This document shows, piece after piece, positions 34,501-43,192 of a stretch of DNA of 64,000 bases. The notes beneath the pieces are model-generated. The model did not search any database and was not told the DNA's origin. It saw only the letters and a program-made list of their open reading frames with translations. The DNA is from Verrucomicrobiaceae bacterium (lineage in GTDB: Bacteria > Verrucomicrobiota > Verrucomicrobiia > Verrucomicrobiales > V1-33): the NCBI GenBank assembly GCA_027483175.1, contig JAIXVE010000265.1, forward strand, positions 6,530 through 70,529, given 5' to 3'. Numbering within the stretch: position 1 is the stretch's first letter; each line of letters begins with the position of its first letter. The translations under genes and the position numbers were made by a program.

Positions 34501-37500
34501 ACCGTCTGCGCCTGCGACGGTGACGGTGACGGTGACGCCGGTGAATGATGCGCCGGTGGCGCGTGCGGACAGTTATGCTGGTGATCCGGGCGTGCCGCTG
34601 ACGATCGGGGCGTCGCAGGGGGTGTTGGCGAATGATACGGATGCGGATGCGGGGACGGTGCTGACAGCGAAGCTGGGGACGCCGCCGGTGGGTGCGACGG
34701 TGACCATGAATTCCGATGGATCGTTTGTGTTCAGCGCGCCGGTGGGCGGGGTGTATACCTTCACGTATCGGGCGCGGGATGAGGCATTGAGTTCGGGTCC
34801 GGTGACGGTGACGGTGTCGCTGAATGCCGCTCCGAGCGGGGTGGCGGATGCGTACAGTGTGGATGAGGACCGGACATTGACGGTGTCTGCGGCGCAGGGC
34901 GTGCTGGCGAACGATGTGGATCCGGAGGGACAGACGGTGACGGCGGTGCTGGTGACGGGCGCGGCGAGGGGGAGCCTGACGCTGAATGCGGATGGGTCCT
35001 TTGAGTACACACCGGCGGCTAACTTTGCGGGGAGTGACAGTTTCAGTTATCGGGCGTCTGATGGCGTGCGTCAGTCGGGTGTGGTGACGGTGGGGCTGAC
35101 GGTGAATGCGGTGAATGATGCGCCGGTGGCGGTGGCGGATGCCTATGGGGTGAAGTTGGACACGCCGCTGACAATTGCGGTGGCGAATGGGGTGTTGAGG
35201 AATGATACGGATGTTGAGGGTGGGGCGCTGACGGCGGTGCTGGTGGCCGCACCGGTGGAGGGGGCGCTGACGCTGCGGAGTGACGGGTCGTTTGATTATG
35301 TGCCGCCGACTGGGTATTCGGGGACGACGACGTTCAGTTACCGTGCGAGTGACGGGGCGCTGACGTCGGCGGTGACGGTGGTGACGCTGAATGTGACGGC
35401 GGATCTGAACACGGTGATGATCAGTGAGATCATGTACAATCCGCCGGGAGCTGCCGGGGTGTTTGAGGAGTTCATTGAGGTTTACAATTTCGGGGATGCG
35501 GCGGTGGATCTGACGGGATGGGAGTTCAGCAAGGGGGTGAACTATGTGTTTCCAGCGGGGCAGTTGCTGCCTGCGAAGGCGTCGCTGGCGGTGCCTGCGG
35601 ACAAGGCGGCATTCACGGCGAAGTATGGCGCTGGGGCGGCGGCGACGGCGACTGGGTGGGGGCCGTTGTCGCGGTTGAGCAACAGCGGGGAGATGATTCG
35701 GCTGAAGAATGCGCTAGGGGAGACGGTGGACGAGGTGGAGTATGCGGATTCCGGTGACTGGGCGGTGCGGAAGATTGTGGGTGTGTGGGATGCGACGAAC
35801 ACGCCTGGGCAGACCCCGGCGAATGGATTGGACACGGATCCTGGACTGGAGTGGGTGACGGCGGCGGATCCTGATCCGGAGATTGGGAATGCTGGCGGGT
35901 CGTCGATTCAGTTGATCAATCCTGCGCTTTCGAACAAGGCTGGGGTGAACTGGGCGGCGGCGGTGCCGACGCCTGGGGCTGCGAATGCGCTGGTGGCTCG
36001 TGCGAACAGTGCGCCGCTGATTCGGGATGTGGTGCATAGTCCGGCGGTGCCGAACCGGACCCAGCAGGTGACGGTGACGGCGCGGATCACGGATGAACTG
36101 ACGACGGGGATCAGTGCGTCGGTGTTCTTCCGTTCGTGGCTGCCGTCGGGGACGACGCCGGCGGTGGACTGGGATGAAGTGCTGCTGAAGGATGATGGGC
36201 GGAGTGGCGACGGGGTGGCGAACGATGGTATATACGGGGCGGTGCTTCCGGCGCAGGCGTTGAATACGGTGGTGGAGTTTTATGTGAGGGCGGCGGACAG
36301 TGTGGCGAATGTGCGTTCGTGGCCGCCGCCGACGCTGGATTTGAACGGGGCGAATCCGGTGCAGAATGCGAACTGCCTGTATCAGGTGAGTGAGGAGGCG
36401 TGGGCGGATGCGCGGCCGCTGTATCAGGTGGTGATGACTGGGGCGGACAATGCTTCGTGGAATGCTGGTTTGGCGAACCGGACGAGCAATGCGGCACCGA
36501 ACTGCACGGTGATTTTCCGTCAGGGCGGGGCGTTTGATGTGAGGTATCGCGGGAGCATCCGGACGCGGGGGAACAGTTCGCGGAGTGACACGCCGGTGAA
36601 TTTGAGGCTGGATGTGCCTGGTGACGCGTCATGGAACGGCAGGACGGCGTTCACGATGAACTACAAGTATGCGTACAGCCAGTTTCTGGGGAGTCGGCTG
36701 ATGGAGGCGGCGGGAGTGCCGTGTGAGAAGTCGAACGTGGTGGGGATGCGGATCAATGGGGTGAACCGGTTGCTGGATCAGAATGGGAACCGGACGTTTG
36801 GGTATTATTGTGATTTGATTCCGAGGGGCGGGGAGACGATTGACGAGTGGTTCCCGGGGAACAATGACGGGAACGGGTATGGGAAGATCCGCGGGAGTGT
36901 GCGGTGGGGGGTGTCGACGCTGCCGGTGATCGGGGCGAACGGGTGGGCTGAGGGCGGGTATGTGAATGAAGGGTGGTGGAAGCAGACGAATGCGGTGCAG
37001 AATGACTGGGCGGATCTGCATGCGTGGATCACGTCGATGAATGCGGGGACGGCGGACACCTTCCACGAGACGATCAAGAGCACGGTGGACATTGATGAAT
37101 GGTGCCGGTTCCTGGCGATTTCGACGATCATCAACCATGCGGAGACGAACATGGCGAATGGGGATGACGACGATTACTCGGTGTACTTCGGGATTGATGA
37201 CGATTTGTGCCGCCTCATTCCGCACGACATGGACACGTGTTTCAATCTGAACGCGATTGGTCTGGGTGATGAAGTGGCGCCGCCGACGGGGACGATTTAT
37301 CAGTGTACGCAGGCGAATTATCCTGGGGACAACGCGACCTTGCCGCAGATGGACAAGTTCTATCGGAATCCGGTGACGGGTCGGAAGTTCAAGGCGGCAT
37401 TGCGGCGGTATCTGGACACGCTTTTTGCGAAGCCTACGTTTGATGCCTACATTGACACGATGCTGGATGCGCCGTGGATGGGGACGCAGTTCACGCCGAA

Positions 37501-40500
37501 CGGGGATGCGATCCGGGCGCACATCAAAGCGTTCCTGGACACGCGGCGGACGACGATTGAGGCATTTCTGCCGACGGCGTTCACTGCTGGGACGACGCTA
37601 GCGTTGCAGAATGGCGTGCCGCGGACGACGACGGCGACGAATCTGGGGGATTTGGGAGGGAAGATTGATCCGGCGCGGACTGCGGAGGTGCGGGTGAATG
37701 GGATCAAGGTGACGACGAATCCGTATGGATCGACGGCGGCGGCTGACAATTCGTGGAGTGCGGGGACGGCGGTGACGCTGCAGCCGGGGTTGAACACGCT
37801 GGTGTGTACGGCGCATGATGAGGCCGGGAGTGTGTTTGCGAGTCAGACGGTGACGATCTGGTATGATTTGGCCGGGGTGAACCGCAGCGGGACGCTGGCG
37901 GGGAGTGAAACGTGGAGTCCGGCTGCTGGGCCGTACAATGTGACGGCGAACCTGACGGTCCCGAATGGTGCGGTGCTGACGATTCAGCCGGGGACGACGG
38001 TGTTTGTGGCGTCCGGGGCGTCGATCACGGTGAATGCGGGTGGCCGGATTGTGGCTGAGGGGACGGAGGCGGCTGGGATCACGATCGCGCGGATTCCGTC
38101 GGGGACGGGGAACTGGGGTGGGATTACGGTGAGCGGGGCGACGGCCGAGCCGTCGCGGTTCGGGTATCTGACGTTCAGCCAGAATGGGTCGACGGCGATT
38201 CATACGCAGAGCGGGGCGAATGTAGAGATTCACCATGTGACGTTCCTGAATCCAGCGGTGCAGTTCCTGTCGTTCGATGGGAGTTCGTTCCGGGTGAGTG
38301 ACTGTGTGTTCCCTGACAGTACGGCCGGATTTGAGCCGGTGCATGGGACCGGCGGGATTGCGGCGGGTGGTCGCGGGATTATTGAGCGGTGCCGGTTTGG
38401 GAAGACGCAGGGATACAATGATTCGGTTGATTTCACGGGCGGGAACCGGCCGGGGCCGATTCTGCATGTGCTGAACTGTGTGTTTACGGGATCGGACGAT
38501 GACATTCTGGATCTCGACAGCACGGATGCGTGGATTGAGGGGAACGTGTTCATGCATGCGCACCGGAACGGGGCGTCGCCTGACAGTTCGAGTGCGGTGT
38601 CGGGCGGGTCGGACAATGCGGATTACAGTCAGGTGACGGTGATCAACAATCTGATCTATGATTGTGACAATGCGATTACGATGAAGCAGGGCGGGCAGCC
38701 GCAGGGCGGGTCTGGCGTGCTGCTTTACAACACGATTGTGAGGACGACGAAGGTGGGTGGGATTGACGGAGGGTCGGGGATTGTGAACTTCGATGACGAA
38801 GGCGTGACTGGGGAAGGGAAAGGATTCTATCTGGAAGGGAATGTGATCTTTGATGCGGAGAATCTGGCGCGGAATTATGTGCCAGCGAACAGCCGCCTTG
38901 TGATGAATGGGAACTTCCTTCCGGTGGCACCGCCTGCTGGGGTGGAGGCGACGGGGAATGTGATCGGGGCGGACTTGAAGCTGAATCTTGGACTGATCAC
39001 GAATCCTGCGACGGCGACGGCTGAGCAGGTGGTGGCGGCATTGAGGCCGCAGTGGTGTTCGCCGGTGCTGGGGGCTGGGCCGATGGGTGGGAATGCGGGG
39101 GCGGATGTGGCGAAGACGGGGATTCGGGTACAGACCCCGCCGGGGAGTGTGTGGCCGGCGACGTTCACGATTGCGGCGGGGATTGGCGGGAGCTTCACGC
39201 CGACGGGGCAGCCTGCGTGGGCGTATGGGTTCAGCCATTACAAGTACCGGGTGGATGGGGGCGCGGAGAGTCCGGAGATTGCGGTGTCGGTGCCGGCGAC
39301 ATTGAGCGGGTTGAGTGCGGGTGCGCACGTGCTGACGGTGCTAGGGAAGCGTGATTCCGGGTTGTGGCAGGAAGTGCCGACGACGGTGGCGTTCACGGTG
39401 GTGGCGGGGATACCGACGGTGGTGCTGAGTGAAGTGCTGGCGGAGCCGGTGAGCGGGGTGGATTTCGTGGAGTTGCGGAACTGGGGGAGTGAGACGGCGG
39501 TGCTGGACGGTTGCGGGTTGACGGATGACACGGCGGTGCCGGGTCGGTTCACGTTCCCGGTGGGGACGGTGATTGCGCCGGGCGGGTATCTGGTGGTGGA
39601 TGCGACGCAGGCTGGGTTCGGGCTTGATGGTGGCGGTGAGACCGTGCGGTTCACGTCGGCTGGCGGGACGCTGATTGATGAAGTGGCGTTCGGGCCGCAG
39701 TTGAGTGGGAAGTCGGTGGCGCGTGTGGCTGGCGGGTGGCGTTTGTCGGAGCCGACGCCTGCGGCGGCGAACACGGCGGTGTGCGAGACGGGGACTGGGA
39801 GCGGGATCCGGATCAATGAGTGGCTGGGGTCTAACAGCATCATTGTGGCTGGGGACTTTGTGGAGTTGTACAATCCTGAGGCGCTGCCGGTGGACATTGG
39901 CGGGTGGCGGATGAGTCAGGATTACCGGAACGAGCCAGGGCAGAGTGTGTTTCCGCCGCTGAGTTTTGTGGGGGCGCGCGGCTTTCTGTCGCTGGTGGCG
40001 GATGGGAATGCGGCGGCTGGTGGCAATCATCTGGCGTTCAAGATTTCGAGGATTCGGGACACGATTGCGCTGCTGGATGGTGGCGCGGTGCCGGTGGATA
40101 TTGTGACGGTGTTGCCGGGGAATCCTGATGTGTCGCAGGGGCGGACGACGGATGGCGGGTTGACGATCGGGTATCTGCCGCTGCCGACGGCCGGGTTTTC
40201 GAATGGGAGCGATGTGAGTGCGGATGTGACGGTGATGAACGGGCTGCGGATTACGGAGCTGATGTTTGATCCGCCGTCGAGCAGTCAGGCTGAGTACGTT
40301 GAGTTCCGGAACATCACGGCGGTGCCGATGACGCTGACGGGCGTGCGGTTTGCGTCGGGGATTACGTTCACGTTCCCTGTGCTGACGGTGCCTGCGAACG
40401 GGTATGCGGTGATCACGCAGGATCTGGTGAAGTTTGCGGCGCAGTTTCCTGGGGTGAGTGCGGTGCAGTGGGCGGGCGGGCGATTGGACAACAATGGGGA

Positions 40501-41347
40501 GAGCCTGCGTGTGGAGACTGGGGTGTATGGGCTGGGGATTCTCGATTTCCGGTATGAAGGGAATTGGTATCCGGCCACGCGGGCGGGGGCATCGCTGGAG
40601 ATGGTGAATCCGCTGGCGGCGCGGGAGGCGTGGAATGAGAAGGCGAGCTGGCAGCCGTGTGTGCCGAGTCCGGGCGGGCCGTCGGCGTTCGGGGTGGTGA
40701 CGCCGCCGGACACGTCGGTGGGTGTGGGTGAGGTGTTTGCGATTGATGCGGTGGTGTGTCCGGGGCCGCATCCAGCGGCTGGGGTGACGGTGGCGTGGTC
40801 GACGGTGTCCGGGCCAGCGGCGGCGGTGTTTACGGCGCCTGCGAATGGGCGGACGAACGTGACGTTCCCGCAGGCTGGGGTGTACGAGATCCGATTGCTG
40901 GCGACTGGGCCGGGGGGTGTGCAGGCGTCGGATGCGACGGTGGTGACGGTGAGTGAGACGTATGCGCAGTGGGCGGCGCGGGTGATGCCTGGGCTTGGTG
41001 CGGCGGACCGGGAGTCGACGGCTGACCCTGACAAGGATGGGTTCAACAACCTTGTGGAGTTTGCGCTGGGTGGGAATCCGGTACGGAGTGATGCGGGGAG
41101 CCTTGTGACGGTGGTGCCGGGGAGCCTGCCGCTGACGATGACGTGGCGGAGGAATCCTTATGCGAGTCCTGCGCCGGTGATTGTGCCTGAAGTGTCGAGT
41201 GACCTGCAGACATGGGCGTCGGGGCCGGGAGCGGTGGATTCGCTGCTGGTGACGTCGGGTGGCGGGTTGGAGACGTGGAGGAGTGTGGATGCGGGGCCGG
41301 CGGGGAGTCCGCAGCGGTATCTGCGGCTGAAGGTGATTCAGCCGTGA
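31583..41347 (+). CDS. Giant secreted 3254 aa protein: jelly-roll module, about 7 tandem-95/cadherin-like repeats (one split by a second jelly-roll), LTD, CotH, parallel beta-helix, 3 further LTDs, PKD-like domain and C-terminal tail
   Basis: The signal peptide is MRSSLLLALLLPAVAIPLYA. Motifs are the repeated ..NDAPVA.ADSY....D..L.V....GVLANDTD..G..L.A............G.F.YTP...F.G.D.F.Y.A.D; the LTDs ISEIMYNPPG..EFIEVYNFGDAAVDLTGW, VELRNWG, VELYNPEA and VEFRNIT; and CotH IRTRGNSSRS...IPHDMD. It is a single uninterrupted ORF with coherent codon bias. Confidence 0.9.
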   Translation: MRSSLLLALLLPAVAIPLYAVPTAVNDTFTTPEDTALSGGSVTNPLLVTDFEAGGAGFTLPGTWDYLDTLLTTAAGGANTYPRDGSSRAWNAVGFDKASSTVTGWKSAALPIQGGGVDAFANAPNLLGGITGNSGVNTVNTYLFRTSFTMTGAEAAQTWNARVLADDGCIIYVNGVEAGRYNYPGNVPVNPDALVGGNGGSETAYTTVPLTVPFAVGENVIAVELHQNTNNSSDAGIDLTIASASADPLRGMVYADDIDGTNRPNVVSGVLDSGTGNPGSSVNVSFSRGFGGGGNGPNISGGWRRTIEVPAAATLTIKCDARARAVNGLEDNEYAEAIVMLDGVRLSSGGRNYLVRQVGANPAGSAGANGNADSGWGTYTIEVPVTAGSHVVAFGGFGPRPSGENFDVDEGGIVNFDNIDVSVKGTGGSLLDNDTGGVAPVTAVKVTDPANGTLVLGTTGTFTYTPNANWFGTDSFSYRAVDSTGQSNPATVTVTVTPVNDAPVGVADNYAVTQGGVLTVPVAQGVLVNDNDVDNAAATLTAVSASTPSNGAVVLNANGSFSYTPTAQFSGVATFTYRVSDGALQSAPVTVTIAVTDTPDAPVAAGDSYTAVRNTPLVVSALAGGTTTEELLPYKGPDWRYFDSLVLASRNLGTAWRAEDFVENGDWKTGAGELGYGDGDEATVINDNPDPAFNAAAGDKFATYYFRRPLTVANAFNITGVEVSVIYDDAVAFYINGGAGTRTSNLPDLATMPELAWDYFPTTNVNDNSTQTFTLPAGTFREGVNLLAAEAHQNGASSSDISFDMRVRVTRAISAGVLANDTDPDPGETATLVAELVTGPARGNVTLNSNGTFTYTPAAGFTGADSFTYRARDTSGRVSAVATASITVVTGPNAAPLVTADSYTTAEDTVLTVTAPGVLANDVDGEGDAFTASVVTQPTRGTVVMNANGGFVYTPAADFNGTDTFTYRATDTQPSAPATVTVTVTPVNDAPVARADSYAGDPGVPLTIGASQGVLANDTDADAGTVLTAKLGTPPVGATVTMNSDGSFVFSAPVGGVYTFTYRARDEALSSGPVTVTVSLNAAPSGVADAYSVDEDRTLTVSAAQGVLANDVDPEGQTVTAVLVTGAARGSLTLNADGSFEYTPAANFAGSDSFSYRASDGVRQSGVVTVGLTVNAVNDAPVAVADAYGVKLDTPLTIAVANGVLRNDTDVEGGALTAVLVAAPVEGALTLRSDGSFDYVPPTGYSGTTTFSYRASDGALTSAVTVVTLNVTADLNTVMISEIMYNPPGAAGVFEEFIEVYNFGDAAVDLTGWEFSKGVNYVFPAGQLLPAKASLAVPADKAAFTAKYGAGAAATATGWGPLSRLSNSGEMIRLKNALGETVDEVEYADSGDWAVRKIVGVWDATNTPGQTPANGLDTDPGLEWVTAADPDPEIGNAGGSSIQLINPALSNKAGVNWAAAVPTPGAANALVARANSAPLIRDVVHSPAVPNRTQQVTVTARITDELTTGISASVFFRSWLPSGTTPAVDWDEVLLKDDGRSGDGVANDGIYGAVLPAQALNTVVEFYVRAADSVANVRSWPPPTLDLNGANPVQNANCLYQVSEEAWADARPLYQVVMTGADNASWNAGLANRTSNAAPNCTVIFRQGGAFDVRYRGSIRTRGNSSRSDTPVNLRLDVPGDASWNGRTAFTMNYKYAYSQFLGSRLMEAAGVPCEKSNVVGMRINGVNRLLDQNGNRTFGYYCDLIPRGGETIDEWFPGNNDGNGYGKIRGSVRWGVSTLPVIGANGWAEGGYVNEGWWKQTNAVQNDWADLHAWITSMNAGTADTFHETIKSTVDIDEWCRFLAISTIINHAETNMANGDDDDYSVYFGIDDDLCRLIPHDMDTCFNLNAIGLGDEVAPPTGTIYQCTQANYPGDNATLPQMDKFYRNPVTGRKFKAALRRYLDTLFAKPTFDAYIDTMLDAPWMGTQFTPNGDAIRAHIKAFLDTRRTTIEAFLPTAFTAGTTLALQNGVPRTTTATNLGDLGGKIDPARTAEVRVNGIKVTTNPYGSTAAADNSWSAGTAVTLQPGLNTLVCTAHDEAGSVFASQTVTIWYDLAGVNRSGTLAGSETWSPAAGPYNVTANLTVPNGAVLTIQPGTTVFVASGASITVNAGGRIVAEGTEAAGITIARIPSGTGNWGGITVSGATAEPSRFGYLTFSQNGSTAIHTQSGANVEIHHVTFLNPAVQFLSFDGSSFRVSDCVFPDSTAGFEPVHGTGGIAAGGRGIIERCRFGKTQGYNDSVDFTGGNRPGPILHVLNCVFTGSDDDILDLDSTDAWIEGNVFMHAHRNGASPDSSSAVSGGSDNADYSQVTVINNLIYDCDNAITMKQGGQPQGGSGVLLYNTIVRTTKVGGIDGGSGIVNFDDEGVTGEGKGFYLEGNVIFDAENLARNYVPANSRLVMNGNFLPVAPPAGVEATGNVIGADLKLNLGLITNPATATAEQVVAALRPQWCSPVLGAGPMGGNAGADVAKTGIRVQTPPGSVWPATFTIAAGIGGSFTPTGQPAWAYGFSHYKYRVDGGAESPEIAVSVPATLSGLSAGAHVLTVLGKRDSGLWQEVPTTVAFTVVAGIPTVVLSEVLAEPVSGVDFVELRNWGSETAVLDGCGLTDDTAVPGRFTFPVGTVIAPGGYLVVDATQAGFGLDGGGETVRFTSAGGTLIDEVAFGPQLSGKSVARVAGGWRLSEPTPAAANTAVCETGTGSGIRINEWLGSNSIIVAGDFVELYNPEALPVDIGGWRMSQDYRNEPGQSVFPPLSFVGARGFLSLVADGNAAAGGNHLAFKISRIRDTIALLDGGAVPVDIVTVLPGNPDVSQGRTTDGGLTIGYLPLPTAGFSNGSDVSADVTVMNGLRITELMFDPPSSSQAEYVEFRNITAVPMTLTGVRFASGITFTFPVLTVPANGYAVITQDLVKFAAQFPGVSAVQWAGGRLDNNGESLRVETGVYGLGILDFRYEGNWYPATRAGASLEMVNPLAAREAWNEKASWQPCVPSPGGPSAFGVVTPPDTSVGVGEVFAIDAVVCPGPHPAAGVTVAWSTVSGPAAAVFTAPANGRTNVTFPQAGVYEIRLLATGPGGVQASDATVVTVSETYAQWAARVMPGLGAADRESTADPDKDGFNNLVEFALGGNPVRSDAGSLVTVVPGSLPLTMTWRRNPYASPAPVIVPEVSSDLQTWASGPGAVDSLLVTSGGGLETWRSVDAGPAGSPQRYLRLKVIQP
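32870..35400 (+). repeat. Array of about 7 tandem-95/cadherin-like repeats (roughly 95 aa each)
   Basis: See the repeat consensus above. The array includes an exact 49-nt in-frame DNA duplication (33047-33095 = 34511-34559). Confidence 0.8.
36370..37570 (+). other. CotH (atypical kinase fold) domain of the 3254 aa protein
   Basis: FDVRYRGSIRTRGNSSRSDTPVNLRLDV...MNYKYAYSQFLGSRLMEAAGVP...DDDYSVYFGIDDDLCRLIPHDMDTCF matches the family (HDMD at 37223-37234). Confidence 0.7.
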
Positions 41348-41379
41348 GGTGGGGCTTCACTGAGAAGACATGAAGTGAT

Positions 41380-41415
41380 GGAGTCCGGAAGGGGGATTGA
41401 CCGCTTCCGGACTCC
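41380..41415 (+). terminator. Strong hairpin after the 3254 aa gene (possible terminator; no U-tract)
   Basis: A 12 bp stem GGAGTCCGGAAG/CTTCCGGACTCC has a 12 nt loop and is followed by GCATTAGGG, which is not T-rich. Confidence 0.4.
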
Positions 41416-41430
41416 GCATTAGGGCCAAGG

Positions 41431-43137
41431 ATGATGAGCAAGCGATATTCGATCGGACTGGATTACGGGACGAATTCCTGCCGTTCCCTGCTGGTGGATC
41501 TGGAGACCGGGGCGGAACTGGGGAGTGCGGTCTTCAATTATCCGTCTGGCGAGCTTGGGATACTGACGGACCCGCGGGATCCTAACGTGGCGCGGCAGAA
41601 TCCGCAGGATTACATTGACGGGATGGTGGCGGTGGTGACTGGGGCGATCGAGCAGGCGCGTCGGGCGGATCCAGGGTTTGATGCGTCGCGGGTGATTGGG
41701 ATCGGGGTGGACACGACTGGGAGCACGGTGATTCCGGTGGATGCGGATGGGACCCCGCTGGGGTTGCTGGAGGAGTTCCGGGACAACCTGAATGCGCAGG
41801 TATGGTTGTGGAAGGATCACACGGCGCATGAGGAGGCGGCGGAGCTTACGGCTGCGGCGCGGCGGACGCATCCGCAGTATCTGGACCGGTGCGGCGGGAC
41901 GTATTCGAGCGAATGGTTCTGGAGCAAGCTACTGCGATTGAAGCGGGTGGATCCGGGGGTATTTGCGGCGGCGGCGAGTTTTGTGGAGCATTGCGACTGG
42001 ATTCCGGCGCTGCTGACTGGGCAGAGTGATCCGTTGAAGATGGCGCGGAGCGTGTGTGCGGCGGGGCACAAGGCGATGTACAATCCTGACTGGGGCGGGT
42101 TGCCGGCGAGGGATTTTCTGGCGTCGGTTGATCCTGCGCTGGGTGGATTGCGGGATCGGTTGTATCACCGGGCGCTGACGTCGGATCAACTGGCGGGGCG
42201 GCTGTCGCCGAACTGGGCGAAGAAGCTAGGATTGCGGACGGGGATTGCGGTGGCGGTGGGGGCGTTCGATGCGCACATGGGAGCGGTGGGGGCGGGGGTG
42301 CGGGAGGGGACGCTGGTGAAGATTCTGGGGACGAGCACGTGTGACCTGATGATCCATCCTAACCAGCAGGAGCTGGCGGACATTCCCGGTTTGTGCGGGA
42401 TTGTGGATGGCTCGGTGCTGCCTGGGTGTTACGGGCTGGAGGCCGGGCAGAGTGCGGTGGGGGATATTTTTCTGTGGTTTGTGAACCATCTGGTGCCTGA
42501 GTGTTATGGGTCGGATGTGGCGGCGAAGTTCGAGGGGATGGAGCGGGCGATGGTGGGGATGAAGCCTGGGGAGACTGGGTTGATGGCGCTGGACTGGAAC
42601 AACGGGAACCGGACGATCCTGACGGATGTGAGGTTGAGCGGGATGATTCTGGGGCAGACCCTGCACACGGAGGCGCATGAGATTTACCGGGCATTGATCG
42701 AGGCGACGGCGTACGGGGCCTTGACGATTGTGAATCGGTTTGAGGAGTACGGGGTGAAGGTTGAGGAGATTGTGTGTACGGGCGGGCTGGCGGTGAAGAA
42801 TGCGACGCTGATGCAGATTTATGCGGATGTGCTGGGGCGGCCGATGAAGGTGAGCCAGAGCGAGCAGACGTGTGCCTTGGGTGCGGCGATTTTCGGGGCG
42901 ATGGCGGCGGGCGCGGTGGAGAGCGGGTTTGATTCGGTGCAGGGGGCGCAGGAGCAATTGTGCCGGGTGCGGGATGGGGTGTATATGCCGGACCGGGGAC
43001 GGCATGAGACGTACCGGAAGCTTTATGGGATTTACCGGCGGCTGCATGATGCGTTCGGGACGGCCGAGTGGGCGGGTGGGCTGCATGGGGTGATGAAGGA
43101 ACTGATTGCGATCCGGGAGACGGCGCGGGCGGAATAG
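41431..43137 (+). CDS. araB: L-ribulokinase (FGGY family)
   Basis: YSIGLDYGTNSCRSLLVD..., ...GVDTTGSTVIPVD..., ...SSEWFWSKLL... and ...GGLAVKN..LMQIYADV... match AraB. The 568 aa length is AraB-like. AAGG precedes the ATG. Confidence 0.85.
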   Translation: MMSKRYSIGLDYGTNSCRSLLVDLETGAELGSAVFNYPSGELGILTDPRDPNVARQNPQDYIDGMVAVVTGAIEQARRADPGFDASRVIGIGVDTTGSTVIPVDADGTPLGLLEEFRDNLNAQVWLWKDHTAHEEAAELTAAARRTHPQYLDRCGGTYSSEWFWSKLLRLKRVDPGVFAAAASFVEHCDWIPALLTGQSDPLKMARSVCAAGHKAMYNPDWGGLPARDFLASVDPALGGLRDRLYHRALTSDQLAGRLSPNWAKKLGLRTGIAVAVGAFDAHMGAVGAGVREGTLVKILGTSTCDLMIHPNQQELADIPGLCGIVDGSVLPGCYGLEAGQSAVGDIFLWFVNHLVPECYGSDVAAKFEGMERAMVGMKPGETGLMALDWNNGNRTILTDVRLSGMILGQTLHTEAHEIYRALIEATAYGALTIVNRFEEYGVKVEEIVCTGGLAVKNATLMQIYADVLGRPMKVSQSEQTCALGAAIFGAMAAGAVESGFDSVQGAQEQLCRVRDGVYMPDRGRHETYRKLYGIYRRLHDAFGTAEWAGGLHGVMKELIAIRETARAE

Positions 43138-43192
43138 AGGTTGGAATTTGTTTGTGCCGGGCGGGTGAATCCGGTTTCATGGGGATACCCCT

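Noticed and set aside
37598-40771. Minus-strand ORFs of 576 aa (37598-39328) and 476 aa (39341-40771), plus many 100-250 aa ORFs, antisense to the 3254 aa gene
   Set aside because: They have the same Arg/Pro-rich low-complexity composition and overlap a strongly supported coding frame.
41024-41347. PEP-CTERM, LPXTG or T9SS-type C-terminal sorting signals on the giant proteins
   Set aside because: None of the tails has a PEP or LPxTG motif followed by a hydrophobic helix and a basic cluster. They end in a beta-strand-like [FY][FYLW]R[VL]xxx, and I do not recognise a Bacteroidota-type CTD. I therefore reported them as an unassigned tail rather than a known signal.
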